A stretch of DNA of 64,000 nt from positions 13,383,935-13,447,934 of the forward strand of contig NC_090373.1 in the NCBI RefSeq assembly GCF_036365525.1. The letters run 5' to 3'. The notes beneath the pieces are model-generated. The model saw nothing but the letters and a program-made list of their open reading frames with translations. It ran no database searches and was not told the DNA's origin. Source of the DNA: Heterodontus francisci. Its lineage: Eukaryota. Positions within the stretch are counted from its first letter, which is position 1. Each line of letters begins with the position of its first letter. Made by a program: the position numbers and the translations under genes. Below are positions 1 through 11,282 of this stretch, piece after piece.

Positions 1-322
1 CGCGACATGAAATCGTGTGACATTGATCACAAGTCATGGGAGTCAGTTGCCAGCATTCGCCAGAGCTGGCGGGCAGCCATAAAGACAGGGCTAAATTGTG
101 GCGAGTCGAAGAGACTTAGTAGTTGGCAGGAAAAAAGGCAGAGGCACAAGGGGAGAGCCAACTGTGCAACAGCCCCGACAAACAAATTTCTCTGCAGCAC
201 CTGTGGAAGAGCCTGTCACTCCAGAATTGGCCTTTATAGCCACTCCAGGCGCTGCTTCACAAACCACTGACCACCTCCAGGCGCGTATCCATTGTCTCTC
301 GAGATAAGGAGGCCCAAAAGAA
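1..322 (+). mobile_element. RTE-clade LINE 3' end (ORF C-terminus and 3' UTR)
   Basis: ORF 7..270 ends in the RTE C-terminal zinc-finger-like motif CSTCGRACHSRIGLYSHSRRC, followed by a short 3' UTR; truncated by the window start. Confidence 0.85.
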
Positions 323-1881
323 CAAAAGATATAAGCACACAAAGGAGAAAGGAACAGCAGGATATATTGATGGGGTGAGATGAAGAAGGGTGGGAGGTGG
401 CTTGTGTGGAGCATATGCACTGGCATAGACCTGTTGGGCCAAATGGTCTGTTCCTGTGCTGTAATACTTTGTCATACTTTACAATACAAGAGATCAGCAT
501 TCTGGCTCAGCACTGCATTTGTGGCCTGAATGTTTCCCTAGGTGACATGAACTGAGCATAATACTCAAGGTGCACTGTGTCCAAGGCATGGTAGAAACAT
601 CATTTTGATGTATACATACCAGCTCAGGTTTTCTACATCTGCGATCGGCAGGCCCTGATTTTCTACCCATTTACTTTAGTCATACTGTGCAGAAGGCCAT
701 TCAGCCCATCATGCCTGTGCTAGTTCTCCAAAAGAGCTACCAATTATTCCATCTAATGTTATCTCCAGATCCCCCTTTTTCCCTTCCACTGTGTAATCTT
801 TTACATTTTTCGGTATTAAATTTCACCTATCAACATTGCTTTATTTACTGATATACCTAAATCTTTTTGTTGGTACCTCTCCAATTTCCATTAGTCCCTG
901 TCCCATTTCTGTCTCAGTTGCCCCCCTTTAATTTAGCATTATATGTACATTTGACCATTTTGCACTGGCTTTCTATCTCCAAGTCATGAATGCAGATTAG
1001 GATGAATGGGGCCCCACCACTGTACCCTCCAGCACTCAACTTGGTAGCACTGCCAAATCTCACATTGTTCCCCTAACAAGTACCCTCTGTTTTCTCTCCA
1101 TCAGCAATTCCTTACCTGCTACAGGTTTTAAACTTAAATTCCCACTGACTTAAGTTTCAGCACACATATCAAATGCTTTTTTCGGAAATCACAGTATACT
1201 ATTGCACATTGAATTCTACTGTCAACCTGGGGCATCTCAGAAAAGTCAAACTGTTCACTATGCGATTATTATAACTGATAATCCTCATTTGCAACTGATA
1301 ACAAACTTCATTAAATTACCAGTTATTGATCTAAGAGTGGTGGATCCAAGGTTTCCAAATTAGATAGCTCCCCTTTGTGACGACTGGTACTGCATTAACT
1401 TGGTCCCAATTTTATGAGCCTGCACAGTGACTCCCTAATGTTGATTGTCAGCACTTCATAAACATCATTCCTAGAGTCCTTTAAAAGCACTGAATTACTT
1501 TGAAACACAGCAACTGTTGTTATGTAGCTAAATGGTGTAAAGTCGTAACCTTTCTACATAAAAGGCTGTGGAACAAATTACCACGGGAGACCATTGGAGC
1601 AGAAGTGGGTTCATGAGGCAACTAAAGAAGGTGCACTCTGAGATCCATAAAATAGATTTTGTTGATGCTAATTTGGAGAGATTCCAGGATCTGGTGATCC
1701 TGTTGGTGAGTACATCTCAGGAAATCATAGCTACGCAACTAGCCTCTGCTTTCTGTTAAGAGACAGCTTGGTCATCAAGTTCAAATGTAGGCTTTATTTT
1801 AAAGCTGAGTAATTAATAGAAGCAAACAGGATTGTAGCTGACTCGAGGATATCTGATTATTGCTGAAAAAAAGAAACATGC

Positions 1882-1913
1882 TATCAAAGCTTTTCGTCGT
1901 GCACTCATCAGGA
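1882..1913 (-). ncRNA. minimal type I hammerhead ribozyme motif (truncated stem I)
   Basis: Minus strand reads uc-CUGAUGA-gugcacgac-GAAA-agcu-UU-ga: both core boxes, a short stem II and a palindromic stem III. Confidence 0.55.
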
Positions 1914-2060
1914 ATTAAACAAAAGCGTGGGGACAATAGTTCCCTGGTGCATTCTCCACAGCAATGCCTCAACCAATCACAGTTGACTTGCCAACCAATC
2001 AGCACCCTTTTCTCATGCAGTATAAATTGCTGCTCCCTTTGAAATTTGGCATTCTTGCAT

Positions 2061-2096
2061 CTGCCTTGAAGAGTGCAGGATGAAAAGCTTTGACAG
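2061..2096 (+). ncRNA. degenerate minimal hammerhead ribozyme motif
   Basis: cugcc-UUGAAGA-gugcaggau-GAAA-agcu-UU-gacag; stem I pairs at 4 of 5 positions, and core C3 is mutated to U. Confidence 0.45.
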
Positions 2097-4705
2097 CATG
2101 TCTTTTTTTTCAGGATATGTGATTATTGATTCACTGGAATGAAATCTTTTCTGATTCCCTAACCTTGACTAAATCCCTTCCTTTTTAAGTGTGTACAAGA
2201 TGTCCTTGCAGGAGTCACTTTAAAAAAAAATCACATGAAACATGAATGGTTATTGGACAAATGATTCGCAGGCAACGTTTGAAATAGGCATGGGAACAAA
2301 ATGAAGCAACATCATGTTGAAAGTGGCCAAGTAAAAGAAAAGGGCGAATGCCAGAAACCAGGAAGGAAATGGAATGGTGGAAATAACCCAAACTGTGAAT
2401 TTATCTTTTCACTTACAGATGCTGACCAAGCTGCTGCTCCTTTCCAGCAACTTTTTTAAAAATTGCACGTTGAAGCCAGGGTGTTGAAAATCTGCAGCCC
2501 CAGAATGTACCTGGCCATATCCTCTGGTATTGACCTTGCCCGAAGTTTGCACAGTCGAGGAGTCATCACCCAAGGTAAATCTCACAGCATCTCGGACACC
2601 CGCCAGTTCCAAGAGGCTGCAGAGTATGCCAGGTTCAGACATTGTCAGAACTTACACCAGGCAAGATCTTCACCTTGTTTGTAAAATCCAATGCTGACGG
2701 TCCAAACCTGGAACCCCATGTGGGTCCCACATCTAGATCTCCAGTGACGCCTGCTTCAGATCTGCATACCGACCACTAATGCTTTGTCCAATGTATTGCA
2801 AGCCAGGGCTGGCAGAATTCAGCCTGGGAGTACCCACCTTGGCCACATTGCTCCCCCTGACCCTTCACTGCCAGTCTTGATTGAGGCTGGCGCAGTCTCT
2901 GCCCTTGCACGACCCTGTATAAACTGCCTGGTAAGGCTAAGACCTGGTATAGCTTAGTCTCAGCCTAACCTAAGGCCCCGAAGACAGATTTACAGCAGGG
3001 TTGTGTTAGAAGGGCTGTGGATTTTGGACCCAGACAGCCTTGGTTACCAGCTTAAGTAGGTGAGCCTCTGGCCATCATCAGCTTGACTGGAAAGTTAACG
3101 GGAATAAGGGAGGGAACAAGAAGAAAAATAGGAAAGCAAAGAAGGGGAGGACACGATTATCCAAAAGGTGCTAATATACCAGTGACAGTGATTATAATAA
3201 CTTTATATGCAACCCCAACTCACTGCTCTAAAGGAATTTAGGTACTCAGCTGAATAAAGCTTTTACATCACAGGGTATGCTTCAGCCAGGCCCTAAGCTG
3301 CTGGTGGGGATCCAATTTGCAGGTGGAAGTGGTCAAAATACAGTGATGTTTCAATCCTGGTTGTCTCAGTGGTGGAGAAAATATTTCAATTGCAGTGAAG
3401 CCATGGGTGAGAAATCTTCATTTATGTTCAATGGTTGACTGGGGCTCAAGCCCAAGATAGCTAGGAGCCTCTTTAAATTATAATCACAAGGTTATATACA
3501 TAAATGAGGTTTCGCTTCACCTCTGGGGAAGTTACGGCAGTGGAAAGCGAACAGCTCTGGGGAAATCACTGGTCATTTACAACGTGCTCTTGATAGTTTG
3601 CAGTCTTTTGCATGAAAAAAAAATCAAATTATCCAGTAATTCAAATCACCCAATGCAATTAAAATGTCAGAGCTAAAAGTAAGTGCAAAATATGAACTAC
3701 CTTGTCATACAAATGAATCAACTGTGAATCAAAAGGAGTACAGCATAATAGCAGTTCAAACTCAGTTAAGCTGTGTGCTTCAATCACCTTCAGTAGTAAC
3801 TTATTCCACAGCACTTATTATCCTTATTATAGGTGAACTATAAGTTCAAATAGGTATATACCAGTTGTAGGTGAAATAACCATCCATTTTCCCCCTCACT
3901 TTAACTTGCATCCCTTGTACTCTAACCCTTTGAAATGACTCTTGCAGCCCTACCAACATCCTATTTAATTATACAGCATAGTAGTTTCCATATCCTGATG
4001 GTCATAGCCATCTGGGTGGGCAGTAGCTAATTTGGGGCGGAAACTAGTAATGCCAAATCCCCACCCTTTTATGTCCATCAGAATTTCTGGCCAATGATAG
4101 GAGGGGGCATATAATGACAGCATGCAAATGAGGGAAATATGTCACACAATGTGTGTTCCTTCAGTTGCACACTCACACTACTTGCTACAAGGGACACATC
4201 CTTGGTATAGAGTTGCTAAGGGCCATCATAGATGGGAGTGGATGGGGGCGGGGAGTGGAAATAAGATAATAGACTTAAAATTTGATGGGATAGTTTTACT
4301 AGTACAATCAATCATGGAATTACTGATTGCTGCACAGAAACCACCATATCTTAAAAAAAAAAGTTCTTATTTAAAAAATGCCTTTGTAAATATTGGAGCC
4401 AAGCCACTTACGCTGTGGCAAGTGTCAAAGTAACTTTCCACTCCATCCCAGGCAGGCTTACCCAGTTGTGCGATGAACAGCCCTAAATATGCAAATCCTC
4501 TTGACTTCACAAAGTGGGGCAGAGTTGGGGAGCTTCGATGGGAGGGGCAGAAGTTACACATGGCCCACTCCCAACCCCAGATCCATCCCCCAAAAGCCTT
4601 CTCTCCAGTGAGATTTCTGGCCTGATAATTTGTTACACAGTTGACACTGTAGATATTGTTAACTATAAGCTTTAGAGTAAACCAAAGCTCTTCAAAGTGA
4701 CTTAC

Positions 4706-4775
4706 TAGTTTGATGTACCATATCCTTTAGCCTTTGTAAATCCCATAGATATTGCCACCACCAATGCTGGTAACC
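4706..4775 (-). CDS. ADGRB3: Adhesion GPCR B3 (BAI3) internal coding exon, 70 bp (TM4-ECL2)
   Basis: Acceptor tttatttcttcag and donor gtaagt (4705-4700). Phase 1 start matches the preceding exon. Translates (G)LPALVVAISMGFTKAKGYGTSN(Y), the ADGRB-family sequence that follows LCLGWG. Confidence 0.93.
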
Positions 4776-5013
4776 CTGAAGAAATAAATTGGATTTAATT
4801 AGAAAATTGTATTCGAATACAAATACGACGTTTTTTGTGCTGAAGGACAAAAATGCATTAATTATGCATCAGAACATTTATGAGATATTAACTTCAGTTT
4901 GAAATATATTTAATAAGGGGGAAGGAAAGCAATTTTTTTTTTCAATATGTTTCTTATGGACTAGACAAAGTTAATTTACTGTAATGCAAAATTTATACAT
5001 TTATTACACTTAC

Positions 5014-5164
5014 CCCAGCCAAGACATAGAAAGCGTTTGCGGATGAGCCTTGTTCTAATCTTCCCTGTAACAGCCATGTAAGACTGCCAAGCTTCAGTCA
5101 AAACCCAGCAGAAAGAAGCCAGAAAGAAGAAATGGAGAAAGGCGGTAGTCATTGTACAAACACC
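5014..5164 (-). CDS. ADGRB3: Adhesion GPCR B3 (BAI3) internal coding exon, 151 bp (TM3-ICL2-TM4 start)
   Basis: Acceptor catttctatttgttctgtgtgcacag and donor gtaagt (5013-5008). Open frame [50 protein letters not shown](G). LASFCW and [13 protein letters not shown] match ADGRB3 as I recall it rather than ADGRB1/2. Absent from the ORF track because it is a short internal exon. Confidence 0.95.
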
Positions 5165-6736
5165 CTGTGCACACAGAACAAATAGAAATGTCTTAGTTTG
5201 GATGACTTACATCAAGCTGGAAATATTGTGAAGAAAAACCCACCATGGTTTAAAGAGCTCACCAATACTGTCTAGAGTCATATATGTCCAAATGGATCTT
5301 GATCAAGGTACCACAGGGTTGCTGGTCCCCATGGAACATTAACCAAGGCAAGTCATCATCTTCAGTAAAAGAGGGGAGAATGGAAGAGTGGAAAATTATA
5401 TTTTAATCTAAACTTTCCAATGCATAGGCTAAGGTATGTAGGACACTATGGTATCAGGTCCCCAGACAGGAAGTATTTCAATCCAGCACATCACCTATTC
5501 CCAAAGATCATCACCTAACATGACTGCCACAATCTTTCTCTTCATTGCTACAAACTGTAGGCAAGGACTCTTTTACATTCACGACGTTGCCTACGTACAT
5601 CCTTCTCGGGCAGGTGACAGATGCCATTTATTTCCAAGTAGCTCCTTCCAATAAATATGACAATACTAACAGAATGAACAAAATGGAAAATTAATAGAAT
5701 GGAAAGCCACTGCACGTCAAGGCAATAAATAAAGGGCAAGCTTTCCATTACACATCAGATCACTGATGTTATTTTAGGGATGATCAGTACTTTGTCAGTA
5801 TAATACATTAATGCTGTATGGTAAATTAGGGAAGCAAACCTTTGCTCCTTCTTCATACTGATTAAGAAGATTAATGTACGCATTTAAAAGGTTCTTACTT
5901 TATGTTTCATGGATCAATTTGACGAAATAGGCCAATGTAAATAGCTGGAAGGCTACATTTTGTGAAGCCATTAAACGCGATGACTTGGCATGCATGCTCT
6001 TAATGTTTAAACACAATGCAGTACTTTTATAACCTTATGAAACTCTTGTATTCTAAATCCACTGAGGTCGGAATTCAATTGCTAGTTTTGCTGAGACTGG
6101 CTACTTTCAGAGATATTAATCAATAGTTTTGTGCTTTCTGGAACAACAATGTAAAATATATGGCAACTTTGAAAACTTTCATCTTCAAAAATAGTCTTTA
6201 AAATTGATGATATGCAATGTGATTGTAGTTTCTCATGAGCCAACTAACCAATGCGTTAGGCTGTCAAGAAACAAATAATAAAATACAAGTCATGGATGAA
6301 AGCAAACTAGATTGGTAATTTCACTATACTATTTCTTCCTTAGCTTAATCATTTGATCGCTGTACATTTAAGCAGTCTGTAGTTGTGTGGTTTTACTGCT
6401 GCATCAAAGTAATCATTCTAAATGCAAACTCACACATATAAACTAACACATTGTTCATTTTTAGCCAAATACTGATTCTCTTCTGAGCCTAATGTGTGAA
6501 CCCTTCATTTCAGCTGTTTGACCCCTGCTTTCTGGAGCGCTCTTCTTTAAACCCGGTGCTTTGCTTCATCTCTTGCCACTTCTAAAAACCTCCTCAAAGC
6601 CTATCTTAAGCTCTTCTTTAGTTATACTCCCTAACTATTTTCTCAACTCCTGCTCAGTGGCTGAATCCCCTCCATTATGAAATGCCTTGGGATGTTTTGC
6701 TATGTGAATGGTGTTAGATAATACAAAGACTTTACA

Positions 6737-7094
6737 TTTAGTTTAGTTTAGTTTAGATACAGCACTGAAACAGGCCCTTCGGCCCACCGAGTCTGTGCCG
6801 ACCATCAACCACCCATTTATACTAATCCTACACTAATCCCATATTCCTACCACATCCCCACCTGCCCCCCCTATATTTCCCTACCACCTACCTATACTAG
6901 GGGCAATTTATAATGGCCAATTAACCTATCAACTAGCAAGTCTTTGGCATGTGGGAGGAAACTGGAGCACCCGGAGGAAACCCACACAGACACAGGGAGA
7001 ACTTGCAAACTCCACACAGGCAGTACCCAGAATTGAACCCGGGTCAATGGAGCTGTGAGGCTGCGGTGCTAACCACTGCACCACTGTGCCGCCC
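6737..7094 (-). mobile_element. HE1-type tRNA-derived V-SINE, full length
   Basis: tRNA-like head (ggcggcacagtggtgcagtggttagc...gggttcaattc), V-domain gggtttcctccgggtgctccagtttcctcccac, CR1-like tail and (TAAAC)n end. Confidence 0.9.
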
Positions 7095-7099
7095 AAATA

Positions 7100-7710
7100 T
7101 ATTTACTATAGCACCTTGTCCTGTCATCAGAATGCCCCAAAGGCTTCAAATGCAATGAACTATTTTTCTGGTGTTGTCTTTCATGTTATGCAGGCAGCCA
7201 TATTGTGCACACATAGCAAAAGAAACAAACTACTAGTTAATCCATTTTTTGACGGTGTTGGTTAAGAGATGCATGTTGGTCAGAACTCCCTCTTCTTGCA
7301 GCATCTGTGGAGAGAGAAACAGAGTTAACTTTTCAGGTCTGCAAACTTTCATCAGAACTAGAGTTCCAGTTAACTCTAGTTCCTCTCTCCACACATGCTG
7401 CCAGACCTGCTCTGTATTTCCAGCACTTTCTGTTTTTATTTCAGATTTCCAGCGGCTGCAGTATTTTGTTTTTATTAACTCCCTCGTCTTTTTCAAAGAG
7501 TGCCAATAGGATCTTTTTAAACAACCTGAATATACCTTGGTATGGTATTTCATCTGAAAGAAGAGGTCTTTGACAGTGCAGCACTCCCTCAGCACTTCAA
7601 CGTACTGGATCATCTGCCTAGATTACTTGCTCAACAAGTTCTTGAGTGGGGTTTGAACCCACGACCTTTAAACTCAGGCAACAGTTCTGCCAGTGGAGCC
7701 AAACTAATTC
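7100..7710 (-). mobile_element. DeuSINE (SacSINE1-like) remnant interrupted by a Penelope pLTR stub
   Basis: Family-typical segments catctgaaag...gacagtgcagcactccctcag and gagtggggtttgaacccacgacc; the inserted stub spans ~7298-7477. Confidence 0.6.
7298..7477. mobile_element. Inverted Penelope-like pLTR stub
   Basis: Inverted repeat gcagcatctgtggagagagaaacagagttaac (7298-7329) / gttaactctagttcctctctccacacatgctgc (7369-7401), homologous to the Penelope-like element end at 8983-9081. Confidence 0.7.
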
Positions 7711-8239
7711 TCATAAATGTGCATGTAATTGTTGAATTAATCTGCAAAAATCATCAAACTTTACTTTTGACATGCTTGCGCTTAACAAAAAAATAAATCC
7801 AGCAAGATGTCAGTAAGAATAAACCTAGAAAGAACTTCACTGATTGACAATTCGGAAATGTGATCTCAAAAGCTCGCGATGTAGGAATAATGCCAAAAGG
7901 AACTTCCTAACCAGAAATTCTAACTTCCCAATGTACGGGTTCCAGTTTTGCAAATTATAAAATTGAGATAAAATATAGATGTTTTATTCTGTAAATGATA
8001 CATAAGAAACACAAGAACTATTAGAAGGAAACTAAGGACTTCAGAAAAGAGGCACAAAGTATGCCCTCCAGTAAAAGAAATGTCATAGTTGGATACTTAC
8101 TGAAGGAAGAAAAGTGTGAAGAATTGCCATTTTAGTTTCTCATTAAGGCTTATCAATGGAAATTGCTAAATAAGAAGTAAAAAAGGAGCTTGTCTGAAAT
8201 GTTTCTGCAATGTAATGAAGTATGTACATTTATGTAATT

Positions 8240-8620
8240 TGGTATCATGTCCTTAGGGCTTCTCAAAGCACTTCATAAGCAGCAGAGCACTGTAGGCAAA
8301 CATGGCAGCTAATTTGTGCACAGCATGGTCCCACAAACAGCAAGTGAATGAATGACCAGATGATCTGTTTTTAGCGGTGCTGCTTGAGGGAGGAATTTGC
8401 TCTTTCAACTAAGCATTTGGAACTTTTATATTCAATGAAAAGACAAGTGGGTCCTTGATTTAACTTTTCGTCTGAAAGAAGCTCCACCAACAATGCAGCA
8501 CTTTCTCAGTACAGTACTGAAGTGTCAGTCCAGATTATGTGTTCCACTCTTAGAATGGGGCTTAGTACCCACAACCTTCTGAGGCACTCTGAGTGCTACT
8601 GACTGAGACAAACTGACACA
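8240..8620 (-). mobile_element. DeuSINE (SacSINE1-like) remnant
   Basis: caatgcagcactttctcagtacagtactgaagtgtcagtccagattatgtg...ggggcttagtacccacaaccttctga; same family as 7100-7710. Confidence 0.6.
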
Positions 8621-9044
8621 ATGCTGTATATGCATTTTCCCTGCATGATTTAATTGTTTGGGGTGGGACAGGGGAGCAGAAGGAAGCTCCCGATCGCTAC
8701 GTTTTATGACTGGGGCAATAACTTTATTTATTTATACAAGTGTGGTATTAGAATGGTACTTGTGATGAGAGGCATCAGTCACTTGTACTGACTAGAGAAG
8801 CTGGGACTGTTCTCCGTAGAGCAGAGAGGGATAGGAGAGATTTAATGGATGCATTCAACATCTTAAGTAGCTCTGATAGACATTAAATGAGGAGAAACTG
8901 TTTCTACTGGTAGAAGGATCGGTAACCAGAAGACACAGATTTAAGGTAAGTGGCAAAAGTGGCCAAAAGTAAGATGAGGAGATAAAAACAAAAAGTGCTG
9001 GAAATACTCAGCAGGTCTGGCAGCATCTGTGGAGAGAGAAGCAA

Positions 9045-9081
9045 AGTTAACGTTTCAGGTCAGAGACCATTCATCAGAACT
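9045..9081 (-). ncRNA. minimal type I hammerhead ribozyme motif in the Penelope pLTR
   Basis: aguu-CUGAUGA-augguc-ucu-gaccu-GAAAC-GUU-aacu: 4-bp stem I, stem II gguc/gacc, loop-less palindromic ACGU stem III, GUU cleavage triplet. Confidence 0.65.
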
Positions 9082-9411
9082 GGCAAAGGTTAGAAATGCA
9101 ATAGGTTTTAAGCAAAAAAAGTGGGGGTGGGGAAGACAAAGAACAAAAGGGAAGGTGTTGATAGGACACAGGGTCACAGAGAATAACTGACAAGGAGATC
9201 ATGGGGCAAAGGCAAAGACAAAGGGTGTGTTAATGGTGTGGTGAAAGACAAAGTGTTAGTGCAGAGAGGGCATTAAATGACAGAATAATGAAAGCCCTAG
9301 CCACAAGCAAAAGATGAAAAAAAAAAGTAGGCAGGCACATGACAAAAAAAAATTGAATGATTAAACAAACTGAAATAAAATGAAATAAAAATAAAAAATA
9401 AAAATAAAAAG

Positions 9412-9434
9412 GGCGGGGGGGGGGGGGGGGGGGG
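9412..9434. repeat. poly-G tract within the Penelope 3' region
   Basis: Run of ~20 G. Confidence 0.9.
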
Positions 9435-11282
9435 CGGTGCCAGTCATGCTCTGAAATTACTGAATCAATGTTCAGTCCGGCAGGCTGTAGTGTGCCTAAT
9501 CAGTAAATGAGGTGCTGATCCTTGAGCTGGCTTTGATGTTCACTGGAACACTGCAGCAATCCCAGGACTATGTTGTGGGCATGAGAGCAGGGGGGGGGTT
9601 GAAATGGCAAGCGACAGGAAGTTCGGGGTAATGTTTACGGACTGAGCAGAGCTGTTCCGCAAAGTGGTCACCCAATCTGTGTTTGGTCTCCCCAGTGTAG
9701 AGAAAACTGCATTGTGAGCAGCGAGTACAGTATACTACATTGAAAGTAGTAAATCACTGCTTCACCTGAAAGGACTGTTTGGGGCCTGGGATAGTGAGGA
9801 GAGAGGAGGTAAATGGGCAGGTATTACACCTCCTGCAATTGCACGGGAAGGTGCCATGGGAAGGGGATGAGGTGGTGGGGGTAATGGCATCACACTGGAC
9901 ATGGCGGAGAATGATCCTTTGAATGTGGAGGCTGGTGGGGTGGCAAGTGAGGACAAGGGGAACCCTGTCGCGGTTCTGAGAGGAAGGGGAAGGGGTAAGG
10001 ACAGAGGTGCGGGAAATGGGCTGGACACAGTTGAGGGCCCTGTCAACCACAGTGTGGGGGGGGGGGGGAAATCCTCGGTTAAGGAAAAAGGAAGACATCA
10101 GAAGTGCTGTTGTGGAAGGTTGTATCATCAGAACAAATGTATCGGAGACAGAGAAACTGGGAGAATGGAATCGAGTCCTTACAGGAGGGAGGGTGAAGAA
10201 GTGTAGTCGAGGTAGCCGTGGGAGTCGGTGGGCTTATAATGACTATTAGTGGACAGCCTATGCCCAGAGATGGAGGCAGAGAAGTCGAGGAAGGGAAGGG
10301 AGGTGTCAGAGATGGACCATGAGAGAAGGGTGGAAATTGGAAGCAAAGTTGATAAAGTTTACCAGTTTGGGGCAGGAGCAAGAAATGGCATTGATACAGT
10401 CATCAATGTACTTGAAAAAGAGCTGGGGAAGTGGGCCTGAGTAGGACTGGAACAAGGAATGTTCGACATATCCCAAAAAAGACAGGCATAACCAGGACCC
10501 ATGAGGGTACCCATAGCAACACCTTTTACTTGAAGTAAGTAAGATGAGGAGACTTCTGTTAACATTTTGAGTTATGATGATCTGGAATGCATTGCCTGGA
10601 AGCAGATTCAATAGTAACTTTCAAAAGGGAATTGGATATTTACTTGAAGGGCAGAAAGTTGCAGGGTTACAGGGAAAGAGCAGGGAGTGGGACAAATTGG
10701 ATAGCTCTCTCAAAGAGCCAGCACAGGCACATTGGGTTAAGTGTCCCTCCTGCTGTGCCGTAAACAAACAATGTGGAGTGTTCTATCAGAATCCAGAACC
10801 TGGATTATTGTTTCACCTTCCTGTCTTCTAAATGCAGTCTCTCATTTTGAGGTTGGGTTAGCATCTCATTTTGCATCAATGAATGATCACAGAACTGTAA
10901 ATGAAAACAAGTTCAGCAGTCCCATGGACTGCTCTCCTCACACACACTGTAAGTACATTTTTGCTGTTAGGTTTTTCAATCAGAGTGTAGAGGCAGCAGG
11001 AACACCGTGGTGTGAGAACTGCACCAGGCTAAAATATGCACAGCTGACCACCAACAGTCTTCCAAGGCCAGGTCCTATTGCACATTCAGAGTGAGCTCCT
11101 GCCATGAGATTGGGAGCTTACTCACTAAAGGCAGTACATTGAACCCTTCCTCAAACATTCAAAGAGGAATGTCTTTTTGGCCTGACACTACACAGTGTGA
11201 GAAAGGAACACCAAGGTTTGCTGATGCTCCAAGAAATGGGGCATAAAAACAGAAGAAATAAGAGCAAGAGGAGGCCATACCA

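Larger units (their letters stand above)
1863..2111 (+). mobile_element. Penelope-like pseudo-LTR (pLTR) mini-element with inverted termini
   Basis: Inverted arms of ~50 bp (1861-1913 vs 2064-2114). Flanking direct repeat aggatatctgattattg (1846-1862) / aggatatgtgattattg (2112-2128). Internal ccaatca x2 and tataaat. Each arm carries a hammerhead core. Confidence 0.7.
8983..10536 (-). mobile_element. Penelope-like element, 5'-truncated (RT C-half, GIY-YIG region, pLTR)
   Basis: Minus-strand ORF pieces QVKGVAMGTLMGPGYACLF, FFKYIDDC, DRVPLVLTCHP and HGTFPCNCRRCNTC. Perfect 16-bp TSD aagtaagatgaggaga at 8967-8982 and 10537-10552. Confidence 0.9.
8783..10757 (+). mobile_element. CR1 LINE 3' fragment split by a Penelope insertion (pieces 8783-8982 and 10553-10757)
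   Basis: RLEKLGLFSVEQR-type CR1 ORF2 C-terminus continues across the insertion into IWNALP and the CR1 3' UTR. Confidence 0.75.

Noticed and set aside
1568-1759. Possible further ADGRB3 exon or other coding exon
   Set aside because: I could not find the expected CWLSLEGG or YIRSERS sequence on either strand, nor a convincing splice-site pair.
5165-5210. Perfect GTAAGT donor on the minus strand, 46 nt upstream of the exon acceptor
   Set aside because: A 46-nt intron is below the usual vertebrate minimum, and the sequence upstream does not encode ADGRB-like residues.
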